DNA from: an uncultured Actinomycetes bacterium
GTDB taxonomy: Bacteria > Actinomycetota > Actinomycetes > S36-B12 > UBA10799
NCBI GenBank assembly: GCA_963752505.1
Contig: CAVVYM010000004.1
Span: forward strand, 177,278-241,277
DNA: 64,000 nucleotides
Direction: 5' to 3'
The notes beneath the pieces were generated by a model, which was not told where the DNA came from, made no database searches, and saw nothing but the letters and a program-made list of their open reading frames with translations. The position numbers were made by a program, and so were the translations under genes. Positions 17,135-26,230 of the stretch are shown here, in pieces; position 1 is the stretch's first letter; the number at the start of each line of letters is the position of its first letter.

Positions 17135-19725
17135 TCCTCTGTCTTCGCAGCGGCGTTGTAGTGCTCAATCGGGTTGGGCCGACCGAACAGCCAGCCCTGG
17201 CCCAGATGCCACCCGGCAGCCGCCACCCGGTTGGCCTGTGTCGGCGTCTCCACGCCTTCGGCCACAGTCTCCAGACCGAGCCCTTCCGCCAAGCCTGCCA
17301 AACCGTCCGCGATGCGGAACGAGCTGGATTGCGGATCCGTCAAGTCGGCGGTGAACGACTTGTCGAGTTTGATGCCTGTCAACGGAAGGTCGCGCAGGTG
17401 GGTCACGGACGAGAAGCCGGTGCCGAAATCGTCGCCCCAGAGGCCGTAGCCGACCCCGACGAGTTGAGCCAGCCGAGCGCGAGCCGGACCCTGCATGCTG
17501 GCGAGCGCGGTTTCGGTCAACTCCAGAATCATCGGGTCCGGGGTCTGCCGGCGTAGATCGACGAGCAGCTCGACGAACTCCGGGAACTCCCGCGAGGAAA
17601 GGTGACGCGCGGAGATATTGAGGCATACCCGTTGACCTGCTGGCAGCGTGGCGGCGAAATTTGCGGACTCCCTTGCCGCGAACAGGGTGAGTTGATGCAT
17701 GAGGTGCACGTCAGACTCCACGGCCGGAATCCACTCCGCGGCGGGTGTGAGCCCCCGGTCCGGGTGATGCCAGCGCAGCAGGGCTTCATACCCGACCGTG
17801 CTGAAGTCGCTGAGGTCGACGATGGGCTGGAACCAGGTCTGCATCTGACCGTCGGCGAGGTCGATGGCACGCAGTTGCTCAAGAACGAGCAGTTGGTCGC
17901 GGGCGCGTGCGTGAAATGCGTGGTCGTAGACGTGCCACCGGTGCCCGCCCGCCCGCTTCGCGGCGGCCAGCGCCGCCGATGCCCGGCGCAGGAGTTCGGT
18001 GGCTCCGAGCCCTTCCCTACTCTGCGTGAGTCCGATGCTGGCGGAAGGGCGCAGTACGTAGCCCCCCACGACGAAGTCCCGCTCCACACCGGCCAGAGCC
18101 AGATCGGCGAGCTGCCGCTGGGCTCCTGCGGAGTCGACGATGCGGAGGGGCATCAACACGGCGAACTCGTCGCCGTCGAGGCGACCCACGGTGGCTTCCG
18201 GCGAGATGCTGGACTGCAGGTTCTCGGCCAGCGTGCACAACAGCTGATCACCCACGGAGTGACCGAAGGCTTCGTTGATCTCACCGAATCGATCGACTCC
18301 CACGATGGCCACCAGCACACCCTCACCGCGGTCGATCGAGTCGTCGATCAGCCGGGTGACCTCCGCGCGGTTGAGCAATCCGGTGAGCGCATCGTGGCTG
18401 GTGCGGAAGGACAGTTCCTCGTGGGCGGAAACCGAGTCGGTGACGTCGACGAGCTGAACAACCACGTAGCGGGCCACGGCGTCCGTGCCATCCGCGGCAG
18501 CGGCCGCGGTGAGATCGGCCCAGCGCGACGAGCCACCGGAGACGGTCAACCTCACGCGTTCGGTGTGGACGGTGGTTCCGGCGAGGACATCGCCCCACCA
18601 GGCTGGCAGCGGGTCGTCAGCAGTCGGGTCCTGCGAGTCCCAGCAGTCGATGATCGAGCACCAGTTGCGCCCGGTCAGCCCCTCGGGATGGCCCACCTCC
18701 AGCTGAGCCGCCGATGGATTCGCATTCACGACCGTACCGTCGCGGTTCACGAGCAGCGTCGGGACCGCTGAGTTGTACGCAGCCTTGGAGAAGGCGATAG
18801 CGGATGCCTGGGCCACCGCATGGGATCGAGCACGTTCTTGCTGAACGGTGGCGAACCAGACGGAGAAACCCAGCAAGCCGATCAGCGTCACAGACTGCAC
18901 CACGAAACTTGTCGTGATGGCGGCGTCGAGTGTCCGTCCTGATCCGAGCGCCATGCGAAATCCCAATTGGGCGATGATCGCCGACGACACCAGCACGATC
19001 ATGGCGAAGGCAGCGATGGGCCACATCTTGGTGGCGACGAGGGGACCCAACGGTGGCTGTTTGGGACGCACCAGGATCGCTGCCGTGATCGTGGCAAGGA
19101 CCAACAGCACGCTCATCGTCATGGCCGTCGACGTCGTCTGGAAATACTCCTCGACCGCAAGGCCGTTCGGGTGGGTCAGTTGCAGAAGCAGGCCCATCGT
19201 GATGCCGCTGAGGGCGACGTAGAGGGCTGCCGAGGCCGTCACCGCCCGTCGCTCGTTCCGACCGGCGAGCCAGAAGGCGGCCACGAGTGCCGACCCCATG
19301 GCGAGCGGAAACCAGGTGGGAATCCCGGCTGGCGCGTCGACCGTGCCGAGATTGATCCATGTCTTGAGCCAGGGCAGGTAGTCGTCGGCGTAGGTCCCCA
19401 GCGTGAGAACTGCGAGAGTGAGCACTGCCGCCCCGAGCAGTGCGTTTGACCAGCGCCTGGCCACTCTCGGTCGTGCGGTGAGAAGCGCGGCCAGACCGAC
19501 TGCGCCAGCGAACAGAACGACGAAGATGAGCGTCCAGGGGCGAAGCGCCGGGCCGGCGCCGATGGCCTTGTAGACCAGTCGCAGCGAGGCCAACACGACG
19601 ACGACACCGGCAAGAATCTTGGCCGTGCGGACGAATGGCACCGAGGAAGGCTCGGCGTCCAGTGCGGTCGTCAGGCGCGCGCGCAAGCCGTTGGGCGTTG
19701 CTCCCTGCGAGCCCGGCGCGCTCAT
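17131..19725 (-). CDS. membrane-anchored PAS/GGDEF/EAL signalling protein
   Basis: About 330-aa multi-TM N-terminus, then a PAS-like segment. The GGDEF domain has DALTGLLNR and GRLDGDEFAV. The EAL domain has YEALLRW, ELTE, DDFGTG, KLDKS, EGVE and QGW. The start is uncertain (19725 or 19818). Confidence 0.85.
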   Translation of the reverse strand: MSAPGSQGATPNGLRARLTTALDAEPSSVPFVRTAKILAGVVVVLASLRLVYKAIGAGPALRPWTLIFVVLFAGAVGLAALLTARPRVARRWSNALLGAAVLTLAVLTLGTYADDYLPWLKTWINLGTVDAPAGIPTWFPLAMGSALVAAFWLAGRNERRAVTASAALYVALSGITMGLLLQLTHPNGLAVEEYFQTTSTAMTMSVLLVLATITAAILVRPKQPPLGPLVATKMWPIAAFAMIVLVSSAIIAQLGFRMALGSGRTLDAAITTSFVVQSVTLIGLLGFSVWFATVQQERARSHAVAQASAIAFSKAAYNSAVPTLLVNRDGTVVNANPSAAQLEVGHPEGLTGRNWCSIIDCWDSQDPTADDPLPAWWGDVLAGTTVHTERVRLTVSGGSSRWADLTAAAAADGTDAVARYVVVQLVDVTDSVSAHEELSFRTSHDALTGLLNRAEVTRLIDDSIDRGEGVLVAIVGVDRFGEINEAFGHSVGDQLLCTLAENLQSSISPEATVGRLDGDEFAVLMPLRIVDSAGAQRQLADLALAGVERDFVVGGYVLRPSASIGLTQSREGLGATELLRRASAALAAAKRAGGHRWHVYDHAFHARARDQLLVLEQLRAIDLADGQMQTWFQPIVDLSDFSTVGYEALLRWHHPDRGLTPAAEWIPAVESDVHLMHQLTLFAARESANFAATLPAGQRVCLNISARHLSSREFPEFVELLVDLRRQTPDPMILELTETALASMQGPARARLAQLVGVGYGLWGDDFGTGFSSVTHLRDLPLTGIKLDKSFTADLTDPQSSSFRIADGLAGLAEGLGLETVAEGVETPTQANRVAAAGWHLGQGWLFGRPNPIEHYNAAAKTED

Positions 19726-20011
19726 TGCTCGACTGTAGCCCAGGTCAGCCGTGTCCACTAGTGCTTGCATGCAGGCGCACGGGAGCTGGATTCCGAGCAG
19801 GTCAGTGTCCACTTCCATGGTGTCGCCGTGATCGCGGCTCGAACAACGATGCTCATCGGACTGAACTCCGGACGGCAGGCCTCTGGCGACGGGTGCGAGG
19901 GGCCTCCCAATTGATTCATCATCTGCGCTAGGCTGACGAGTTCACCCTGGTGGTTCGATCCTTGCGCAAGCGATGGACGCTCTGCTTCGCCAACGACAGA
20001 CGGGATCTGCC

Positions 20012-20479
20012 ATGCCAAGAAAGACCAATTTACGGAGACTGCAGCGGGGGGCAATCGTTGGCGTAGGCGGGGTCGCGGCAGCGCTGATGCTCGCAGGGTG
20101 TCCCCAGGAACCCACATTTCCCTCACCTTCCCCGACGGCCACCAGCCCGACGGACTCCGGTTCACCGACCTCCGACGACTCCAACGGCGGATCGGACAGC
20201 AACGGCGGCTCCAACTCCAACGGCGACGCGAACACGCAACAGCGTGGTTCGAACAGCAACGGTGGTTCGGACAGCAACGGCGGCTCCAACTCCAACGGGG
20301 GCTCGAACAGCAACGGCGAGCCCACCTATTACCCGGATCCCAACTATCCGGACGAGCCCACCTATTACCCGGATCCCAATTATCCGGACGAGCCCACCTA
20401 CACCGCAGACCCCGGCTTCTCCGGCGTCCCGGAGTACGGCCCGGTCCCCGAGTACGGCCCGGTCGAACCCGGCAACTAG
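20012..20479 (+). CDS. repeat-rich secreted lipoprotein (S/N/G-rich and PTYYPDPNYPDE repeats)
   Basis: MPRKTNLRRLQRGAIVGVGGVAAALMLAGC is a signal peptide with a lipobox. It is followed by SNGGSDSNGGSNSNG-type low complexity and duplicated EPTYYPDPNYPD units. Confidence 0.55.
   Translation: MPRKTNLRRLQRGAIVGVGGVAAALMLAGCPQEPTFPSPSPTATSPTDSGSPTSDDSNGGSDSNGGSNSNGDANTQQRGSNSNGGSDSNGGSNSNGGSNSNGEPTYYPDPNYPDEPTYYPDPNYPDEPTYTADPGFSGVPEYGPVPEYGPVEPGN
20318..20389 (+). repeat. 2 x 36-bp in-frame tandem repeat (plus a partial third copy)
   Basis: GAGCCCACCTATTACCCGGATCCCAA(C/T)TATCCGGAC occurs at 20318-20353 and 20354-20389. Confidence 0.85.
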
Positions 20480-21279
20480 GAGCCCTTCAGCGGGGTGGGT
20501 TTGACACCGCGGCTCAGGAGCCTGTCGAGACCCACGAAGATGGAGGCCATCACCAAGGCCATGATGATGATGATCACCAGGTTGATGGCGATGCCCGCGT
20601 AGCCGCCGGCCTCAAGCCCGGGCACCAGCGGTGACGGTCCGCCGGTGCCGTCGTAGTCGAGCGTGATGAAGGGGTACGGGTAGAAGTTCACGCCCTTCTC
20701 CAACGGCGTGTTGGCGCAGCGGTCGCCGGGCGCGTTGACCTTCATGGCGCCATGGATCAGGGTGTACGCCAGCCAGATCACCGGGATGATCATCATCTTG
20801 GGAACCAGATCCCAGGTAAAACGCGGCCTGGGTCCGAAGATCAGGAATCCCAGCAGCGTCGCCCACGGGACGATGTAGTGGAAGCCGAGGTTGGTGTAGA
20901 TGCCCCAGCCACATGGGTTGGCGCTGGCCGCGAGGATGAGGGCGTAGATCAGGCCGGTGACGACGATCATCACCAAGGCAGTCATCCGCAGCCATCGGAA
21001 CAGCGCGCCATCTCGCGTCGGGTCGGCGAACAGCATCCAGTTCACAACCAGCGCGACGATGTTCGACCACACCGTGAAGTAGCTCAGGGTGAAGACGATG
21101 CCGTTGAGGGCACCGCCGCTGGCCGAACTGGTGGCAGACAGCGTCAGGCTGATCGCCAACGCCGTCGTGCCGACGAGGGCAACCAGCAGGTGGTAGACCC
21201 TGGCGGCTGTGACCATGCCGCCGGTTGGTGCCAGCGTGGTGGTGCTTGCACCCACCTGTGTGACTGAAGACATGCGCAC
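20476..21279 (-). CDS. Pr6Pr / FAR-17a-AIG1-like family membrane protein
   Basis: 267 aa with about 6 TM segments. The LSYFTVWSN motif is typical of this family. Family assignment is tentative. Confidence 0.5.
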   Translation of the reverse strand: MRMSSVTQVGASTTTLAPTGGMVTAARVYHLLVALVGTTALAISLTLSATSSASGGALNGIVFTLSYFTVWSNIVALVVNWMLFADPTRDGALFRWLRMTALVMIVVTGLIYALILAASANPCGWGIYTNLGFHYIVPWATLLGFLIFGPRPRFTWDLVPKMMIIPVIWLAYTLIHGAMKVNAPGDRCANTPLEKGVNFYPYPFITLDYDGTGGPSPLVPGLEAGGYAGIAINLVIIIIMALVMASIFVGLDRLLSRGVKPTPLKGS

Positions 21280-21367
21280 ATGGTGTCTGCTCTCGGCTTG
21301 CGATGCGCGGTTTCCGGCAAATCAGTGCAAACTCGCGCCTCCGATGCCCGCCAACCAGGTGACGGGA

Positions 21368-21805
21368 CTACTCCCGGACGATGACAGTGGGGCACCTGGC
21401 GTGATGCGCGCAGTAGCCGGCGACGGAACCCAGGTGCCCGCCGGGTACGGCCCCGTGGCCGAGTCCGTGCGCGGCGATGACCAGCAGGTCGGCGCCGAGT
21501 GCGAGTTCGACCAGCGTTTGCCCGCCGCTGCCCATGGCGATCTCCGCCTCCACCGGCACGTCCCAGGCGCCGACGTCAACGGCGCTCAGCGTGTGTTCCA
21601 GCGCTGCGGTAGCGCGAGCGGCGTAGTCACCTTCGGTGAACGTCGGAGTCAAGAAGATCGTCGCGGGCACGTCCCACACCGTCACCACCTTCAGATTCCC
21701 GCCATGGGCGGCAGCTTCGTCTAGCGCCCAGCGCAGGGCCGCGACGCTTCGGTCAGAACCGTCCACCCCGACGACGATGCGGCGTCCTTCCGATTCCTTC
21801 GACAT
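21368..21805 (-). CDS. universal stress protein
   Basis: RIVVGVDGSDRSVAALRWAL...ADLLVIAAHGLGHGAVPGGHLGSVAGYCAHHARCPTVIV. Several possible ATG starts lie between 21805 and 21865. Confidence 0.8.
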   Translation of the reverse strand: MSKESEGRRIVVGVDGSDRSVAALRWALDEAAAHGGNLKVVTVWDVPATIFLTPTFTEGDYAARATAALEHTLSAVDVGAWDVPVEAEIAMGSGGQTLVELALGADLLVIAAHGLGHGAVPGGHLGSVAGYCAHHARCPTVIVRE

Positions 21806-22068
21806 GTGAGTTCCCTTCGCCATCTCCATCTTCGCACCGATCCCGAGCGGCGAGTAGTTATTCACCCTCAGGAGCGCCTCGTCACAGGGGGCGCAGTCGG
21901 GTGGTGGTGATGCAGGGAGGCGTGCGAAGCGCGCGGATTACGCGGGCGTCGCGAGCCAGACGCTGGTGGGCGGGTAAAGGCGCCAGGCGCGCGGTATCTT
22001 GCAGGCTGGCGAGGGCGAACCTCGCAACCACCTCGCTGCGGAGCGCGCAGCTGCGGAGGGCGTGAACC

Positions 22069-22872
22069 ATGAAGCTGCCCAGCGCCCCAGCGGGTGTGCC
22101 GCTGGGGAAGGTCATCGTCGCAGGCGTGCTCGGCGGACTGTTGGCCGGAGTCTTCGGCGTGGGGGGTGGCATCGTCATGGTGCCGTTGTTCGTCTTGTTC
22201 CTTGGCCTCGACCAGCGCACCGCCGCGACGACGTCTTTGCTTGCGATCATTCCGATCAGTGTGCTGGCGGCTTTTGGCTACGCTGCCGGCGGCTCGGTTG
22301 ACTGGCTGGCCGGACTGATCCTCGGCCTGGGAAGCATCCTCGGCGGGCAGATCGGCGTGCGGTTGCTGCCGCGCATTCCGGTTCCTGCACTGCAGATCGG
22401 TTTCTCGGTGCTGCTGCTGTACTCGGCGTATCGCCTGTGGCAGCCGGAGACGGTCAGCGACGGTGGTCAGCCCGGGCAGTGGTGGCTGTTGGCGCTCGTG
22501 GGGTTGCTCGCCGGGTTGCTCGCCGGATTGTTGGGGATCGGCGGTGGCATCATCATCATCCCGGGACTCGTGCTGCTCGCCGGTCTGGATATGACCACCG
22601 CCCGAGGCACGAGCCTGCTTGTCGTGCTCATCACCGCCGCCACGGCCTCTATCACGACGGTGCGATCCGGCCACGTGAGCGTGGGAGTGGGGCTGTGGGC
22701 GGGAGCGGTGGGAGCCCCGGCTGCGCTGGCAGCGTCGCTGGTCTCCCAGGCTCTCCCGCAGCAGCAGGCGGCATGGTTGTTTGCGGGCCTGATGGTGGTG
22801 GCTGCGGCGCAGCTGGTTCACAAGGCGTGGCAGTCGCGCAAGCCTCGTGAGGGCGAGGCCGATGTGGCGTGA
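22069..22872 (+). CDS. sulfite exporter TauE/SafE family protein
   Basis: 267 aa with 7-8 TM segments and the duplicated GxxGGxxGxGGG motif (GVFGVGGGIVMVP and LLGIGGGIIIIP). Confidence 0.8.
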   Translation: MKLPSAPAGVPLGKVIVAGVLGGLLAGVFGVGGGIVMVPLFVLFLGLDQRTAATTSLLAIIPISVLAAFGYAAGGSVDWLAGLILGLGSILGGQIGVRLLPRIPVPALQIGFSVLLLYSAYRLWQPETVSDGGQPGQWWLLALVGLLAGLLAGLLGIGGGIIIIPGLVLLAGLDMTTARGTSLLVVLITAATASITTVRSGHVSVGVGLWAGAVGAPAALAASLVSQALPQQQAAWLFAGLMVVAAAQLVHKAWQSRKPREGEADVA

Positions 22873-22921
22873 GTGCCCGGTATGTGCGAATCCGCAGCAC
22901 GTCGGTGCCAGCGACCCGCAG

Positions 22922-24730
22922 TCACTGTCGCCCAACCCCGCGCGCACGTGCAGCGTGACGTGCTCGCGCGGTGGCGAAGGTCGTCTCCAGGGTCGAATCC
23001 TCAATGGCCGAGAGATCGAATGGCGCCGGCAACAGGAGTTCCACATTTCGATCCAACGGTGAACCCCTGCGCATCAGCGGGCGGGCCATCCAGTCGTTGG
23101 CTGCCATCTGCCGGCTCAGCGAGGCCAATCCGCTTGGGGAGAAGTCGCCTTCACGCCACTGCGCGGGCGACGCGTGGTCCAGGGCGATGGCCATCAGTGA
23201 GATTGTTCCGTCGCGGTTGTCGATGATCTCCACCAGTTGGTTCTGCTGGGGGTAGTCGATGCACGAGGCTGTGGTGATCTCCCACAGGCCGCCGGAGTCT
23301 GCCGGAGTACGCCCGGTGCGTGGACGGGAATGGGCCTGGATGGTGTTGATGTGGGTGTGGCCGTTGAGCCACGCCACCACATTGGGGTAGTGCAGCAGCA
23401 TCGCGAGGAATTCCTCAGCGTGCACCAGCGGCTCTTGTGGCCAGAAAACGTTCTGGGCGTTGTTCTCCAGGGTCAGACTGTTGTGGTGGCTCATGACGAG
23501 AATCAGTTTCCTAGCCGCCACCGCCTGCCGGATACCCGACTCCAACCACTCGAACTGTTTCCGCGGGACTGCGCCGTCGGCACCAACCACCTGATTGCAT
23601 GTGTCCAGCCCGAACACCCGAACAGCCGGGCCGATATCCGTGCTCCAGTAGGTCGTGCGGTTCGCCAGGTTCTCTTGGGTGAACCCGTGGCCAACCGGAC
23701 CGGGGCTGGCGGGGGAATCGAAGTGCTGCGCCATGAAGTCCAACGCCACCAGCAGTCGACGGCGCGGATCCGCGGTGACCGTCTTCTGGCCGCGCTGGAG
23801 GCCGAATTGCTGGCGTAGTGCGTTGACGCCGCGGGAGAAGGCGCTGACGTCGGTGGCGCCCCCAGCGACGATGCCAGTGCTCAAGGCGCTCAAGGCGTAG
23901 GCCTTGCGGCTGCCGTTGGCGAGGTTGCGGAACGACTCGTCGACGCCGAAGGTGCCCGCCAGCAGGGTGTCGTGGTTGCCATAGACGGTGTACCAAGGCG
24001 CTGGCGTGCCGGGGGAACGCACGGGCGTGGTGACGATGGTGTCCATCAGCCCGGGGATTGTCGGAAAGCCGTAGGTGCCGTAGCTGTCGACCGAGGGGTC
24101 GTCTGGGTGGTAGCTGTAGGTGGCCTCTGGCCAGACCTGTACGCCCTCGTACCTGCTTGGATCGCCGCTATTGGGCAGAACCGGCAGGCCGTCGAAGGTG
24201 TCGATGGCCCAGCGCAGTTCGAGGTTTGACAGCCGGTCAGCGTTGTCACCGGTGTTGAGCACAGCCAGCATCGGGGCGCCGGTGACCGGACTGCTGGCAG
24301 TGTCGGAGAGCGCCTGCACCATCGCAGCCTGCACGTGTACCGACATCGCCTCCTGGGGTCGGCACACATCGGGTTCGATGTCGCTGGCGGGATCCAGCCA
24401 CGCCGGCGTCTGGGCGTCGATGATGTGGACGTCCGAGGTGTGGCCGAGGTACGCCAACGACCGACGCCGCCCGATACGTTCGGCGGACGGGGCTGCCGCC
24501 AGGAGATCGTTGCGAACGGCCAGGGGCTCGCCCGGCCCGGCGGTGAGGAGGCGATAGTGCCGATTCTGGGCCACCGTGCGCTGCAGGATGGTCTGCTGCA
24601 GAGTCGTGGGCACATCCGCGGGTGTCAGCGGCTGCGCGACCGCGCGCGCCAGGTGGTCCCGAGGCAGGCCGACACCCAAGGCGAGGGCAGCGGTGAGTTC
24701 GATGAAGCCTCGCCTGCTCAAGCCGGCCAC
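22922..24730 (-). CDS. TAT-secreted metallophosphoesterase (TIGR03767/PPA1498-like)
   Basis: Twin-arginine leader MAGLSRRGFIELTAALALG. Phosphoesterase motifs are spread over a long sequence (GHTSDVHI, TGDNAD, GNHD, SHHN, GHTH). Confidence 0.7.
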   Translation of the reverse strand: MAGLSRRGFIELTAALALGVGLPRDHLARAVAQPLTPADVPTTLQQTILQRTVAQNRHYRLLTAGPGEPLAVRNDLLAAAPSAERIGRRRSLAYLGHTSDVHIIDAQTPAWLDPASDIEPDVCRPQEAMSVHVQAAMVQALSDTASSPVTGAPMLAVLNTGDNADRLSNLELRWAIDTFDGLPVLPNSGDPSRYEGVQVWPEATYSYHPDDPSVDSYGTYGFPTIPGLMDTIVTTPVRSPGTPAPWYTVYGNHDTLLAGTFGVDESFRNLANGSRKAYALSALSTGIVAGGATDVSAFSRGVNALRQQFGLQRGQKTVTADPRRRLLVALDFMAQHFDSPASPGPVGHGFTQENLANRTTYWSTDIGPAVRVFGLDTCNQVVGADGAVPRKQFEWLESGIRQAVAARKLILVMSHHNSLTLENNAQNVFWPQEPLVHAEEFLAMLLHYPNVVAWLNGHTHINTIQAHSRPRTGRTPADSGGLWEITTASCIDYPQQNQLVEIIDNRDGTISLMAIALDHASPAQWREGDFSPSGLASLSRQMAANDWMARPLMRRGSPLDRNVELLLPAPFDLSAIEDSTLETTFATARARHAARARGVGRQ

Positions 24731-25279
24731 GCCACCTCCGCGGAATCCAGCCGGTCACCTTCGGACGGCCGTTCGCCCACAGTTAACTACGTGCCGGCCG
24801 GGCTCGTCGCTGGTGGTGGTGGAGCGGGGTGATCCCTCGCGTGGGGTTAAGGCGCTGCACAGGTCCGATCCCCGGCCTGCGCCAACACACCGCAGGAGTT
24901 TCGTACGTCCGGGCCCTCGAGATTCGTCAGGACCCCCTGGCGGGGTGTTTGCACAACCTCGAAGCCCTTGCCCCGCATGGGATTTGAGGAGGGCCCCAAG
25001 AACCTTGCACACGTTTTTGGGATTTCTTGCACACCTTGCGAGGCTGCGACAGTGCATCCGGATTTCCGCCCTCGAGTCGCACCTAGACCTGTATGAGGTG
25101 ATCCGGTGGTCGTGGGAGTCCGAGCACGCAGTCGTGCCCAGTGACTCTTGTGGACGCGTCTCAGGGAGACGGTTGCGCGCACAGCAGCCAGGACCCGCCT
25201 TCGGTGCAAGACCTTTCGGCTGCCCTTGGGCGTCAGGGCAGGGTCCGCTCCCCGTGGACAGCAATGGTGACGCGGCTAC

Positions 25280-26230
25280 CGGGGCTCACCGAATCGGCCT
25301 AGCGGGATGCCGAAGGTGTGGTTGCCGACCACCCGGGTCGGGGTGCCGGTGGAGTGATCGCTGGTATCACCATCACCGAGCCTGCCGTGACCTGCCAGTT
25401 CCCCAGCACCACGCCTGACCCCCGGTATCCAGCGCGCAGGCACCACCAGAGCGGGCGGCGATGGTGGTGAAGGTGTGATCGCCGACCACGCGGGTCGGGG
25501 TTCCGGTGAAGTGATAGCTGGTATCACCATCACCGAGCCTGCCGCGACTCCCGTCACCCCAGCACCACGCCTGACCCCCGGCATCCACGGCACAGGTGTG
25601 CCCAGCCCCGGCGTTGATGGTGGTGAAGGTGTGATTGCCGACCACGCGGGTCGGGGTTCCGGTGGAGTGGTAGCTGGTATCGCCATCACCGAGCCTGCCG
25701 CGACTCCCACCACCCCAGCACCACGCCTGACCCCCGGTATCCAGTGCGCAGGTGTGCCTATTCCCGGAGATGGTGGTGAAGGTGTGGTCGCCGACCACGC
25801 GGGTCGGGGTTCCGGTGGAGTGGGGGCTCGTATCGCCATCACCGAGCACGCCGCGATACCCGTAACCCCAGCACCACGCCTGACCCCCGGCATCCACGGC
25901 GCAGGTGTGCCCGCCAGCGGCGTTGATGGTGGTGAAGGTGTGATTGCCGATCACGCGCGTCGGGGTGCCGGTGAAGTGGTAGCTGGTATCACCATCACCA
26001 AGCCTGCCGCTAGACCCGTCGTCCTTGCCCCAGCACCATGCCTGACCCGTGGTATCCAGTGCGCAGGTGTGCTCAGCCCCGGCGTTGATGGTGGTGAAGG
26101 TGTGGTTGCCGACCACGCGGGTCGGGGTTCCGGTGCGGTGGGGGCTCGTATCGCCATCGCCGAGCCTGCCCTTATGGCCAAGACCCCAGCACCACGCCTG
26201 ACCCGCGGTATCCACGGCACAGGTGTACTC
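25280..26230. repeat. array of about 6.5 highly similar 153-162-bp DNA modules (coding RCC1 blades)
   Basis: The core GGTGAAGGTGTG(A/G)T(T/C)GCCGACCACGCGGGTCGGGGTTCCGGTG recurs about every 153-162 bp. Approximate positions are 25311, 25466, 25622, 25774, 25930 and 26092. Confidence 0.85.

Noticed and set aside
24755-25264. 169-aa and 120-aa minus-strand ORFs filling the 545-bp gap.
   Set aside because: Cys/Arg/Pro-rich composition, no SD sequence or family resemblance, and lower GC3. Judged non-coding.
25280-26230. Regularly spaced direct repeats that could be mistaken for a CRISPR array.
   Set aside because: The period is 153-162 bp, and the intervening sequence is itself repeated and in-frame coding (RCC1 blades). 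There is no short repeat/unique spacer alternation and no cas genes.
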